A stretch of 53,540 nucleotides of DNA from Thermoanaerobaculum aquaticum (GCA_020722885.1 DYJZ01000003.1:1-53540), one strand, 5' to 3'. Numbered from the stretch's first letter, positions 30,302 to 40,058 are shown. The notes: generated from the sequence alone by a model not told the origin. Numbers and translations are program-made.

Positions 30302-31399
30302 ATGAGTGATGAGAGAGAGGGGAAAAAAGAGGAACTTCCAAGTTTTGAATCGCTCTATGTTGGGCGGTTTAAAATAGATAAAAACTTGAGGGTTGTTGAC
30401 ATTTCAGATGAGTCTGCCAGAATTCTCAACTGCACTGCAGCAGACTTAATTTCAAAAGAATTTACTGCTGATTTTGGACCAGGCAAAAATCTTTTTGAAG
30501 ATTTTTTAGAAGGAAAAGTCCAGATTTGCGAATGTAAAATGGTAGACGGAACTTCCTGCAATATGTGTTTTAGAATTAAAGAGAGTTCTAATGGAAAAGG
30601 ATTTGATGTTGTCTTTGCAAAGGAGTGCCCTCCTTTTGAATGCCACGATGGAGAAAGTCTTCATTACAGGGAACTTCTTGTAAAATCCAGAGACCTTGAA
30701 AATCACGCCCTTTTTTTGGAAAATCTCTTTGCTAATATTGGTTACGATTTAAAAACTCCTCTCGGAATCATTTTAGGCTACTGTGAATTGCTTATTAAAT
30801 CAAAAGCATCCGCATCGGGTTCCGTTGATACTGAAAGGGCTTTGAGAACGATATACAGGAATTGCGCATGGATTGCTGATATAGTTGAAAAACTTGAATT
30901 GCTTGTCTCTCTTGTAAAAAGAGGCAAAGGCGAAAATAAGATTTGGTTGGATATTAAGATGTATCTTCAGGAAACTATCTCAAGGCATACAAGAACCTCT
31001 TTTGCGAAGATGACAAGAATTGAAACAGATAAAATAGATGATATAAAGATACTTGCCTCGCCGACGCTTATTTCTCTTCTTTTTGACGAAATCATAAAGA
31101 ATGCCGTTCAATTCTCGAGGAAGGGAAAAGAAATTGTAATCAACCTTATAAGAACTGATGAAAAAGTTAAACTCACCGTTGAAATTGCGTCCCTTGAAGA
31201 AGAAATACCTCCTTTGAATCATTTTATTGAAAGACTATTTCCATACACTTATGACCCCAAAAAAGATGATTATTCAACCAAGGTTGAATGTCTTGGGCTT
31301 GGTGCTGTCAAATATCTCGCCCACTTAAACGATTTTTCTTTTGAAGTCAAAAGAAAAGCCACGGGAAGTGAGGTAATGATTCTTGAAAGGAAGGTTTGA
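30302..31399 (+). CDS. Degenerate sensor histidine kinase (PAS-like, HisKA and HATPase-like domains)
   Basis: H-box GYDLKTPL, N-box IKNAVQFS and a G2 remnant CLGLG. Confidence 0.75.
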   Translation: MSDEREGKKEELPSFESLYVGRFKIDKNLRVVDISDESARILNCTAADLISKEFTADFGPGKNLFEDFLEGKVQICECKMVDGTSCNMCFRIKESSNGKGFDVVFAKECPPFECHDGESLHYRELLVKSRDLENHALFLENLFANIGYDLKTPLGIILGYCELLIKSKASASGSVDTERALRTIYRNCAWIADIVEKLELLVSLVKRGKGENKIWLDIKMYLQETISRHTRTSFAKMTRIETDKIDDIKILASPTLISLLFDEIIKNAVQFSRKGKEIVINLIRTDEKVKLTVEIASLEEEIPPLNHFIERLFPYTYDPKKDDYSTKVECLGLGAVKYLAHLNDFSFEVKRKATGSEVMILERKV

Positions 31400-31417
31400 C
31401 CTTTTTTACCTGTAAAG

Positions 31418-32034
31418 CACATCTGTCCAAAATAAATTTTGACAGAACCATATAAGAAGTCAAGAAAAAAAATGTCAAGACTATTTAGAAATACTCCGTT
31501 GTGAGTGCTCACTAACCGTGTCATTGCGAGCCCTCTCTAAAATTGTCATGCGAGTGCTCCTTCGTAGCTTCCTTCCGCGAGGCAATCTTCCTCTTCCCAA
31601 ACAAAGGAAGATCACTTCGTTTGTAAAAGCCTCGAAACATCCCTCGTGATGACAGTTAATTGTTATTAACGCAGTCATTGCGAGTGCTCCTTCGAAGGAA
31701 AGCCCCCCGAAGCAATCTTCCTCTTGCTCACAAAGCTGAAACGGAAAGCCTTAGAGGAGTGGTTCAATAGAGGTTTGCAAAAATATTTTAATCTTTTTGC
31801 GGTTTTTCCACTGCCATTTTAGAGAACATTATCATATAGCTTTGACAGGGAACTTATGAACCATCAAACCCGAAACCTATCACTCGAGCCTTTTAGAGAA
31901 CTAATTGGACAGCATAATGACATATACAGGCATAAAAACAGTGAGCCTCATTTTCAAGCCTTCCTAAAAGCCGCCCAGAATCCTCAATTTCTCAGGATTC
32001 CGTTTCCGCTTTCAAATTATCCTCGATAGCAGTG
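31418..32034 (+). mobile_element. Complete nested composite MITE (inner element 31473-31847) with possible 8-bp target duplication
   Basis: CACATCTGTCCAAAATAAATT...AATTATCCTCGATAGCAGTG. Flanks CTGTAAAG and CTGTAACA. Colinear with 5380-5864. Confidence 0.82.
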
Positions 32035-32045
32035 CTGTAACAAGT

Positions 32046-32384
32046 TTATTCAAACTTTCCGAAAAAATTAGAGATGTCAAAATAGACTTTTAATTCCCTG
32101 CCATCTTCAGTTTTTATGGTAATTATGTCGTATGGCTTATTACCCTCAAATACTAAACTTTGTCCCAGCTTTTGGCAACCAGGGTATTTCTTTTCAAGAT
32201 AAGCATACTCCCAATCAATCCCTTTAAATTCAGTTGTTTCTGGAACCACCACTGCATTTTCAAAGGAACTTCCTTCTTCACTAACACTTGCATCACCTGT
32301 AATTGAAGGGATTTTTCTTGTTGCGCAGGAAAAAATAGAAAGTAAAAGCAAAAAGAGCACTGACAATAAAAAAGATTTTTTCAT
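32046..32384 (-). CDS. Small lipoprotein of unknown function
   Basis: Lipobox IFSC, GGAGA RBS and GSSFENAVV..YD...YFDIS.FFGK pattern. Confidence 0.8.
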   Translation of the reverse strand: MKKSFLLSVLFLLLLSIFSCATRKIPSITGDASVSEEGSSFENAVVVPETTEFKGIDWEYAYLEKKYPGCQKLGQSLVFEGNKPYDIITIKTEDGRELKVYFDISNFFGKFE

Positions 32385-32395
32385 CGTTATTCTCC

Positions 32396-33817
32396 TTAGT
32401 TTATTTCACTTTTCTGTTTAGCCCACATCGTATTTTCTATTGTAATAAAAGAGTAACCTTTTTCCCGCAATTTTTCTATAAGATCTTTTAAAATTGTATC
32501 TGCCCTCAACTCCCCTTCCCTTTCAGAACCGAGATGCATAAGGATAATACCACCATCAAGAGACTTTTCCCCTTTTTCAGCCTCTTTCAGAACTCTCATT
32601 AGTATTTCTCTCGGCTCCCTAAAAAGAGGATCTGATTTATCAGCCACCCAGTCAAGGGTGTCAAGTTTTGGTGTCCAGTGAACATGTCTGAACCCTGCCT
32701 CGTAAGCCCATTTTAAGATCTCGGAATTTTTTTCTCCAAAAGGAGCCCTCCAGTAGGGAGACATCTTTTTTCCTGTTACCGATTCGTAAAGGGCTTCTGC
32801 TTTTTTAAGTTGTTCAATTACCGTCTCTTTTTTAACTCCAGGAAGAGTCGCCTGCTTTTGGTTAAAACTGTATGTTGTAAGATGGGGATGGCTATATGTG
32901 TGGTTTCCTATAACATTTCCTGCCGATGCAAGTTTTCGTACTTTTTCAGGGTATCTTCTAATGTATTCCCCCGTCAAAAAAATTGTTGCTTTTACATTTG
33001 ATTCTTCAAGCGTTTGGATTATACTGTCTGTGGCATTGTCGTTGCTCCCACCATCAAAAGTTAAAAGGATTGTCTTTTTTCCTTCTTTTGCCTGTTTAAT
33101 ATCGAGGAATGAAGAAAGAACGGGACTGAAGAAAGGCTCTTCCCTTTCAGGAATTCCAAAAATTGATGGATTTGCGATTAGCTGGACTGTTACTGCTTTT
33201 GAATATGCGTTGTTGCCATAATTATCAAAATATCTTACCTGTAAAATACTCTTTTTTTCTTTAAGTGGAACTTTTTCAAAAACGAATTTTCCATCGTGGC
33301 TAAAGACAGCATCAACCCTCTCTGAATTAACATATAAACCAACCATAGATTCTTTTGGGGCAATTCCTGAAACCATAATTTCGCTTTCATTTACTGAGCT
33401 GTTTTCGGAGGGATATTCAATCTCAATTGACGATGGAGAGGACCAGTCAGGTGTAGCATTTTTATTACCCTTTTTGATTTCTGGCGCTAAGGATTTTATT
33501 TCTTTTTCATCAATTGATTCAATCCATTGTCTGTAAAGGAAAAAGGAAAGCAAAATAAAAAAGATAAGAACTGGATAAAAGACCATTCTAAAGGCATAAA
33601 ACTTACCTTTTTTCTTTATAAAATCACTAACTTTTTCCTGCATATCCTTTTTCTTAAAATCATTGAAGCATTTCTGAGAACAAAAAATGTGACCTTCTAA
33701 CCTTATCTGGCACTTTGGACAAATGTATTTTTTGCAGTTGAAACACCTTCTCTTTGCCTCAGAAAGTGGATGTTTATAGCAGGTGTGTATTTGCCTGATT
33801 TTTTCTTTTGAAGACAC
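32396..33817 (-). CDS. Membrane-anchored polysaccharide deacetylase (NodB) with N-terminal Zn-finger
   Basis: CYKH/CFNC/CPKC/CSQKC, a TM helix, Ig-like region, LTFDGG, GNHTYSH, RAPFG and ILMH. Confidence 0.88.
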   Translation of the reverse strand: MSSKEKIRQIHTCYKHPLSEAKRRCFNCKKYICPKCQIRLEGHIFCSQKCFNDFKKKDMQEKVSDFIKKKGKFYAFRMVFYPVLIFFILLSFFLYRQWIESIDEKEIKSLAPEIKKGNKNATPDWSSPSSIEIEYPSENSSVNESEIMVSGIAPKESMVGLYVNSERVDAVFSHDGKFVFEKVPLKEKKSILQVRYFDNYGNNAYSKAVTVQLIANPSIFGIPEREEPFFSPVLSSFLDIKQAKEGKKTILLTFDGGSNDNATDSIIQTLEESNVKATIFLTGEYIRRYPEKVRKLASAGNVIGNHTYSHPHLTTYSFNQKQATLPGVKKETVIEQLKKAEALYESVTGKKMSPYWRAPFGEKNSEILKWAYEAGFRHVHWTPKLDTLDWVADKSDPLFREPREILMRVLKEAEKGEKSLDGGIILMHLGSEREGELRADTILKDLIEKLREKGYSFITIENTMWAKQKSEIN

Positions 33818-34791
33818 TATTTAAGTTCCTCTTTTTTCAGGTCTATTGACCATTTTCTACCAAAAATATTCCAGAAGACTTTTTTTAATCTGGCTAAAAA
33901 TATCTTTTTTCGTATTTCAGAAATTTTTTCTCCTGCAACAGAAAATCCTTTTTCAAAAAAAACATCAATTTTGTCAAATTCTGTCCAGTGTAGTTCCTCA
34001 AGTTGCGGTTTGACTATAACATCTGCAAACCTCAACTGATACATTTTAGCCGTCTCAGCAAGAATCATTGTGGCTCTTATCTGGCTTTTGCTTCCAGAAA
34101 CTTTTTCATCCTCCTTTAGAGGAGGAACTATTGAAGAGACATCAACAGCGATAACCACATCAGCACCTAATTTAAAAGCATCTTCAACGGGAATCTGATT
34201 GACATAACCACCGTCAATCAATATTTTGCCCTCTATTTTTACTGACGGGAAAATTCCTGCTATCGCTATACTTGCTTTTACCGCGTCAGAAATTTTTCCA
34301 TCTGTAATTATGACCTTTTTTGCATTGTTAAGATCTGAAGCAATAATTGCAAGCTTTACTGGCAGTTCTTCTAAACATTTGTCTCCAAAAAGAGATTCTA
34401 TGCTTTTTTCAACTTTCTCTCTCGGAATGTAACTCTCCGTTGTTGCTGTTTTAATCGCAAAACTTCCAAGAAGAAAAATCCTTTTTATTTTTTTAAGAAA
34501 TCCAGGTTTAGTTTCGGTTGAAACCATCATATTCCTTACTTTTTCAAAATATTTATGGTCAAACCCCTCTGAAGAAAAAAAATTGGAAAGTGTTGAGTAG
34601 GTCAAAAGAGCACTTTTATTCATACAATAAACTGCTCCAACAAGCGCTCCTATTGATGTTCCTACAATCATATCAATTTTGATGCCCTCTTTTTCAAGAA
34701 ATGCAAGAACTCCAAGATGGGCAAGCCCTCTTGCTCCTCCTCCTCCAAGAGCAAGGGCGACATTTGGCCTAAAAAATTTTCTATTAGCCAT
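33817..34791 (-). CDS. Patatin-like phospholipase
   Basis: GGGGARG, GTSIG and DGG motifs. Confidence 0.93.
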   Translation of the reverse strand: MANRKFFRPNVALALGGGGARGLAHLGVLAFLEKEGIKIDMIVGTSIGALVGAVYCMNKSALLTYSTLSNFFSSEGFDHKYFEKVRNMMVSTETKPGFLKKIKRIFLLGSFAIKTATTESYIPREKVEKSIESLFGDKCLEELPVKLAIIASDLNNAKKVIITDGKISDAVKASIAIAGIFPSVKIEGKILIDGGYVNQIPVEDAFKLGADVVIAVDVSSIVPPLKEDEKVSGSKSQIRATMILAETAKMYQLRFADVIVKPQLEELHWTEFDKIDVFFEKGFSVAGEKISEIRKKIFLARLKKVFWNIFGRKWSIDLKKEELK

Positions 34792-35524
34792 TTTCGCTCT
34801 CTTCTGTGAGTTTTAAAAACACAGTTTCAAGGTCTTTATCTGTCGTTTTTGATTTTTCAATCAGTTCTTCCATTGTTCCTTCAGCAACAAGTTTTCCTTT
34901 ATTTATTATTCCAATTTTGTTGGAAAGTTCCTCAGCAACACCGAGAGAATGAGTGGATAATATTAGAGCAGTTCCTTGCGAAGAAATTTTTTTGAAAAGT
35001 TCCCTCACTTTTCTTGACGATTTTGGATCGAGCCCAACCATCGGTTCATCAATAAGAAGAAGTTTAGGGCTATGAAGAATAGATGAAACTATAACAAGTT
35101 TTTGTTTCATTCCGTGAGAATACCCCTCAATCAGACGGTTAATGCTATCACGAAGTTCAAAAAAATCTAAATAGTAATCTGCCTTTCCCTCCCAGTTTAT
35201 GATACCCCTTATTTCCGATATTAAATTTAGATATTCCCACCCTGTCAGCTTTTCATAAAGATAGGGTCTATCAGGAATATAAGCCATTGATTTTCTAAAT
35301 TCAACTTTATCGAGTCCTACCTCTTTACCGTCAATTTCCACATAACCTTGATCAGGCTTAAGAATTCCTGAGCATATCCTGAGGGTTGTTGTCTTTCCAG
35401 CACCGTTGGGACCCAAAAAACCATATATCTCCCCTTCTTTGACATTTATATTGAGACAACTTACAGCATTTACATTTCCAAAACTCTTTGAGATATTGAC
35501 TATTTTTAAAATATCTTCAGCCAT
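34784..35524 (-). CDS. ABC transporter ATP-binding protein (ABC-2 type)
   Basis: GPNGAGKTT, YSHGMKQ, IDEP and STH motifs. Confidence 0.95.
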   Translation of the reverse strand: MAEDILKIVNISKSFGNVNAVSCLNINVKEGEIYGFLGPNGAGKTTTLRICSGILKPDQGYVEIDGKEVGLDKVEFRKSMAYIPDRPYLYEKLTGWEYLNLISEIRGIINWEGKADYYLDFFELRDSINRLIEGYSHGMKQKLVIVSSILHSPKLLLIDEPMVGLDPKSSRKVRELFKKISSQGTALILSTHSLGVAEELSNKIGIINKGKLVAEGTMEELIEKSKTTDKDLETVFLKLTEESENG

Positions 35525-35587
35525 TTACGCTCCGAAATGAAAAGTATAAATTATTTTTATTAAAAAATGTAATTGTTTAATTTCTTG

Positions 35588-36000
35588 TGTCATAACAATA
35601 TGATAATGTCCTCTTCTAAACTAATTAGAAATGTCCTCGAAAATGGCAGTTTAGGAACTCCAACGGGAAAAGATACTGGGGCTGTCTTCCTAAAAAAGCG
35701 GTCATTACAAGCAGCCGTTAACCTGTCATTGCGAGCACTCCTTCGAAGCCTTCGCTTGCGAAGCAATCTTCCTTATGAAAAAAAGCAGTCACTGTGAGAG
35801 AGCCTTCATGGACTTGCCAAACGAAACAATCTTCCCTATTTTTTAAGTAAGGACGATTCCTTTCTTTGTAAGCGTTTCGAAGCTTGAATCGGAATGATAT
35901 GTTTCACCAAGTTAGCCTTCGTAGGTTCAGCAAGCGAAGCAGTCTTCCTCATCCCATCGCAAAGAAATTCCCCTCTTCAGGGATGGCTTGCACCGCAAGA
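35588..36000 (+). repeat. IS-like TGT end followed by a degenerate REP cluster (+ orientation)
   Basis: TGTCATAACAATATGATAATGTCC..TAATTAGAAATGTCCTCGAAAATGGCAGT matches the reverse complement of 5612-5678. GTCATTGCGAGCACTCCTTCG..CGAAGCAATCTTCC at about 35724-35772. Confidence 0.72.
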
Positions 36001-36138
36001 CAGGACTATCCCCTTTTGTTTAAACCATCTTTCGTAACTGTGATTCACAAATCACCCTTGCACAAGATTATCCGGTTGCAAGGTGAAGGCGTTTACTCAA
36101 AAACACAGGTCTTATAAATGCTTGAAGGCTCGGAGCTT

Positions 36139-37591
36139 TTACTCATATTTTGCTCCCTTGAGGTAAACGGAAACAACAGTTCCTTTGTCGATTTGGCTTT
36201 TGATTTCTATCCTGCCTCCGTGCTGTCTTATGATCTCCCTGCTGATGCTCAGCCCCAAACCGATGCCGCCGCTTGCTCTGGAACGTGATTTGTCGACCCG
36301 GTAAAAACGATCGAAAACCTTCTCCAATTCTCCTTCCTGGATGCCGATCCCCGTGTCCGCTATTTCCGCAATGATGAACTCGCCCTCCTTTCTGATGCTG
36401 ATGTCGATTCTTCCGTCAGGGACATTATATTTTATGGCGTTATCCACAATATTGACGAAGGCCTCAGGAAGTGCCTCTGAATCACCATACACCGAATATT
36501 TGCTACCGTCTGCAGGCATGGTGATGAGGATCCTTTTTTCATCAGCAAGGGGAGAAAGTAGTTTGAGCGTTTTATCGATTATCCCGTTCAGGGAGATTTC
36601 CTCCATCTGCAAGATCAGCCGATCGGAGCTAAAACGCGCCAGCGTCATCAGTTTCTCAATGAGCAGGGACATCATCCCTGCAGTGTTGAGAATAGCCGTC
36701 AGGGCTGCCCTGTATTCTCCTGGTTCCCGCTCCTTTCTGAGACTCACCTCTGTTTGACTGATGATGACCGAAAGAGGCGTTTTCAGTTCGTGGGACGCAT
36801 CCGATACAAACTGTCTCTGACGGTTGAAAGCCATCTCCAGGCTACTGAAAACTCTGTTGAAGGAATCGGCAATCCTTTTTAACTCATCAGCAATTTTTTT
36901 ATCCGCGATCCTTTCCGAAAGGTTTGTTTCTGAAACCCTGTCTATCGCATCCGAGATGTTCCTGATTGGTTCAAGCGCCTTTTTGGCAATAAAGAATCCT
37001 CCTGCAGCGGAAAAGATCACGACAAAAAAAACAGTTACTGCCAGAACCATTCGGAATCTACTTAAAATGGATGTTTTTTCCTCTATCGCCTCAGCGCACT
37101 GGATGACAATGTCATATCGTGGTGTTTTTATCTCATTTACTCCTTCTTTTGGCATAGGAAAATTGACCAGTCGAACTTTTCTGCCCTTAAGAAAAGTCGT
37201 CTGGAAATCTGCCGAATGGACAACAGGATAAAAAGGAAGCTCTGAATCTCCGAGTGATGCCGATTTTTCAATCGTGGTTCCATCAACTCTCCTGATTTGA
37301 AAGTAGTTTGTTGAAGTTGGGGAACTGTATTCCCACATGATTTCATCAGAAAAGTTAAATTCGGTTTCCAATTCATCTTCACGAATGAATGTGGCATCAT
37401 CGGAAACATCCTCAATATCTTCACTAATTAATGTTGCAAGAGCCTTTGCCCTGGAAAGGAGAGACGAATCAATAAAGGCATAGACGATCCGGTGCAGGCT
37501 AAAATAGAGGATGTTCCCCATAACTGAGAGGGTGACAAGCAAAATTGCAAGATAGAACAGAACAATTCTAACTTTGATGGAAGAAACCATC
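36139..37591 (-). CDS. Membrane sensor histidine kinase (HAMP-HisKA-HATPase, CusS-like)
   Basis: Two TM helices, DASHELKTPL, NIVDNAIKYN, DTGIGI, FDRFYR and GIGLGLS. Confidence 0.95.
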
Positions 37592-38260
37592 TTACTCCTT
37601 AAGCATATATCCAGCGCCACGCAGGGTGTGGATCAGTTTTTTTCTAAACCCCCTGTCCACCTTCTTGCGGATGCGGTTGATAAAGACATCTATGACATTG
37701 CTGTCGAGGTCAAAGTCGTGGTCGTAGAGATGCTCTGAGATGTTCGTTCGGCTGAGCACCCTGTTTTTGTTGAGCGCCATATACTCAATGAGGGCATATT
37801 CCTTTGCAGAAAGCAAGATGGTTTTCCCTTCTCTTTTTACTTCATGAGTAGCCATGTCAATAAGAAGGTCTCCTATCTCTATGGCTGAGCTTTTAACTCC
37901 TGAATCCCTTCTTAATAATGCCCTTATTCGTGCCAGGAGCTCTTCAAAAGAGAAGGGTTTTGTCAGATAGTCGTCAGCGCCGCTGTCCAGTCCTGATACC
38001 TTGTCCATAACTGTACCCTTAGCAGTGAGCATAAGAACAGGAGTCTTAATCCCTGCTTTACGGATTCTTTTAAGGATGGTTATTCCATCGATAACCGGCA
38101 GCATGATATCCAGGATTATGAGGTCCGAGGGCTCATTTTCAGCCATGAAAAAGCCATCCTCGCCATTGTATGCGATATCCACAGCATACCCCTCCTCCTC
38201 AAGTCCTTTCTTCACGATATCAGCAAGTGGCTTCTCGTCTTCCACAATCAATATACGCAT
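37592..38260 (-). CDS. OmpR-family response regulator (CusR-like)
   Basis: VEDE, LDIMLP, GADDYLTKPF, SNVIDVFI and TLRGAGY motifs. Confidence 0.96.
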   Translation of the reverse strand: MRILIVEDEKPLADIVKKGLEEEGYAVDIAYNGEDGFFMAENEPSDLIILDIMLPVIDGITILKRIRKAGIKTPVLMLTAKGTVMDKVSGLDSGADDYLTKPFSFEELLARIRALLRRDSGVKSSAIEIGDLLIDMATHEVKREGKTILLSAKEYALIEYMALNKNRVLSRTNISEHLYDHDFDLDSNVIDVFINRIRKKVDRGFRKKLIHTLRGAGYMLKE

Positions 38261-38263
38261 AAT

Positions 38264-38631
38264 TTATTTTACTCCTTTCTTCCTCCTGAATGCTACAAGT
38301 GTAAAGACGAATCCGATAAGGATGAGCTCGCCAATAGTGCTTGAAGCACATTATTCGGGTTAAGCCTGACTATCCTTTTTATCTCAAAATGTGACATTGT
38401 GCTACTTATGGGGATATTGTAGTTTTTGTCTTCAGCCTTTATATAAGCCACATAACTTCCATAGTCAATCAGGCACATCTGCCATTTACCCTCGTCTGTC
38501 TCGTGCGTTTGTAAGGAACAGGTAACTAATCACACTCAATATGTCCGATGTGAGGGATATACCATAAAAAAACCCTTCGGGGTTAAAATGCTCTCCCTTA
38601 TCTCCTTTTGCATTATATATGCTGTCTTCAT
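38264..38631 (-). pseudogene. Patchwork of gene remnants (membrane-protein start and membrane-protein tail)
   Basis: Strong RBS and MKTAYIMQKEIRESILTPKG (ABC permease-like start), then frameshifts. A separate tail IGELILIGFVFTLVAFRRKKGVK* lies just before the regulator. Confidence 0.45.
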
Positions 38632-38726
38632 AGCGTCCCCTCCTTTGTGGATTTAGAAGATATCTTCTATAATTCCTTTTTTAACTTTGCCGCTTATGAT
38701 CATCTGTTGCCTCTTTATTTAAATGG

Positions 38727-38750
38727 AGGGGCGGAAAAAATTCCGCCCCT
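38727..38750 (-). terminator. Hairpin after the PepSY gene
   Basis: Perfect 10-bp stem AGGGGCGGAA-AAAA-TTCCGCCCCT with a weak U tail. Confidence 0.65.
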
Positions 38751-38758
38751 TGATGTCA

Positions 38759-39382
38759 TTACCTTTCACCTCCTTCTTCATCTTCGTTTTCTGAATTTTC
38801 CTCATCGTCGTCGTCATCATTGTCATCGTTGTTCTGTTTCAAAAGCTTGCCGGTTTCAGCATCGATCTCCACATCCGCAATCTGTTTGTCAGTCTTGACG
38901 ATCTTCACACCATAAACGAGATGACCATCTTCGTTTTCCAGTTCAACCTCCAGGACCTTTCCCGGCACCACCTGAAGAGCCGCCTTGACCGCATCATCGA
39001 GGGATACTTTCGCCTTTGCCGCGTATTTAGCCTCATTTTCGCCGTCATTGCGTTCATTGTCCAGTTTCAAAAACTTGCCGGTTCCAGCATCGATCTTCAC
39101 ATCCACAATCTGCCTGTCAGCCTTGAGGATCTCCACATCATAAACGAGATAACCATCCTCGTTTTCCAGTTCAACCTCCAGGACCTTTCCCGGCACCACC
39201 TGAAGAGCCGCCTTGACCGCATCATCGAGGGACTCTTTCGCCATCCTTGCATATTCGGCCTCATCGTTTCCTTTCAGTGCGATACTGCCGGTCAATTTGG
39301 GCTGCTGGGAACTGACTGTAAGTCCGCCAATCGCCATAACTGTCACAACTACAACACCGATGAGCATTACTGTTTTTCTCAT
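38759..39382 (-). CDS. Exported protein with two PepSY domains and an acidic tail
   Basis: AAGGAGGTGA RBS, signal peptide and duplicated SLDDAVKAALQVVPGKVLEVELENEDG.LVY.V.I...V.IDA.TGK. Confidence 0.9.
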   Translation of the reverse strand: MRKTVMLIGVVVVTVMAIGGLTVSSQQPKLTGSIALKGNDEAEYARMAKESLDDAVKAALQVVPGKVLEVELENEDGYLVYDVEILKADRQIVDVKIDAGTGKFLKLDNERNDGENEAKYAAKAKVSLDDAVKAALQVVPGKVLEVELENEDGHLVYGVKIVKTDKQIADVEIDAETGKLLKQNNDDNDDDDDEENSENEDEEGGER

Positions 39383-39436
39383 TTTTATCACCTCCTTTCC
39401 GTATAAAATCACAGACTTTTTTCAGCCTGCAATGTT

Positions 39437-39469
39437 ATTATAGCAATGCAAAGATTACAGGAACATGAA
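39437..39469 (-). promoter_or_regulatory. PepSY promoter with putative OmpR-family box
   Basis: TTCAT-6-GTAAT (11-bp period), 11 nt upstream of an extended -10 TGcTATAAT. Confidence 0.5.
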
Positions 39470-39524
39470 CGAAACAAAAAATATTTTCCCCGTCATAAAT
39501 ATACAATGACTGATTAGGATTGAA

Positions 39525-39805
39525 AAGAAGAAGATTGCTTCGCAGGCAAATGCTCCGAAGGAGCACTCGCAATGACAGATTACGCTTGCTCGCAATGACT
39601 GCGCTATTAACAATTGACTGTCATCACGAGTGTGGCTTCGAGGCACGGACAAACGAAGTGATCTTCCTTTGTTTGGGAAGAGGAAGATTGCTTCACGGGA
39701 GAATGCCTCGAAGTGAAATTCGTAATGACAGGGTTAAATTGTAAAGTGGAAGATTGCTTCGAGAGACTTTCCCACGAAGGAGCACTCGCAATGACAGATT
39801 ACGTC
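39525..39805 (-). repeat. REP-like cluster (- orientation, three or more units)
   Basis: Repeated GAAGATTGCTTC...GAAGGAGCACTCGCAATGAC. Aligns with 1-160 and the reverse complement of 31540-31725. Confidence 0.85.
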
Positions 39806-40058
39806 TTTTTACTTTTTCTCGCAACCACCGCTAATTATTTTTCATTTATAAAGTTTGCACAATAGGTTTAAAGATAGTGATATAAACAACTTTACTAATT
39901 ACTACCTCATAAAGTAAAAGATTTTCCATTTTTTTCGTTCTCTTATAGGTCTCATAGTTTCCTGAATATTAACAGGTTATTTTTTTGAATTCTGTCTATT
40001 TCATAAATGTTTAGAAAATTTCTTCTCTTGTGGTATTCTATTTAGGAGGAGCGTTTTT

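Noticed and set aside
31270-31678. Short ORFs over repeats (also 5725-5928, 9309-9677, 13149-13431, 35573-36117, 39455-39744)
   Set aside because: These are translations of non-coding repeat DNA with no RBS or protein motif.
36015-36100. Possible integron attC site
   Set aside because: Only an imperfect TCACCCTTGCA/TGCAAGGTGA hairpin. Core sites are unconvincing and there is no integrase.
38931-39232. DGR template/variable repeat pair
   Set aside because: Both copies are in-frame domains of one gene, differences are not adenine-specific and there is no reverse transcriptase.
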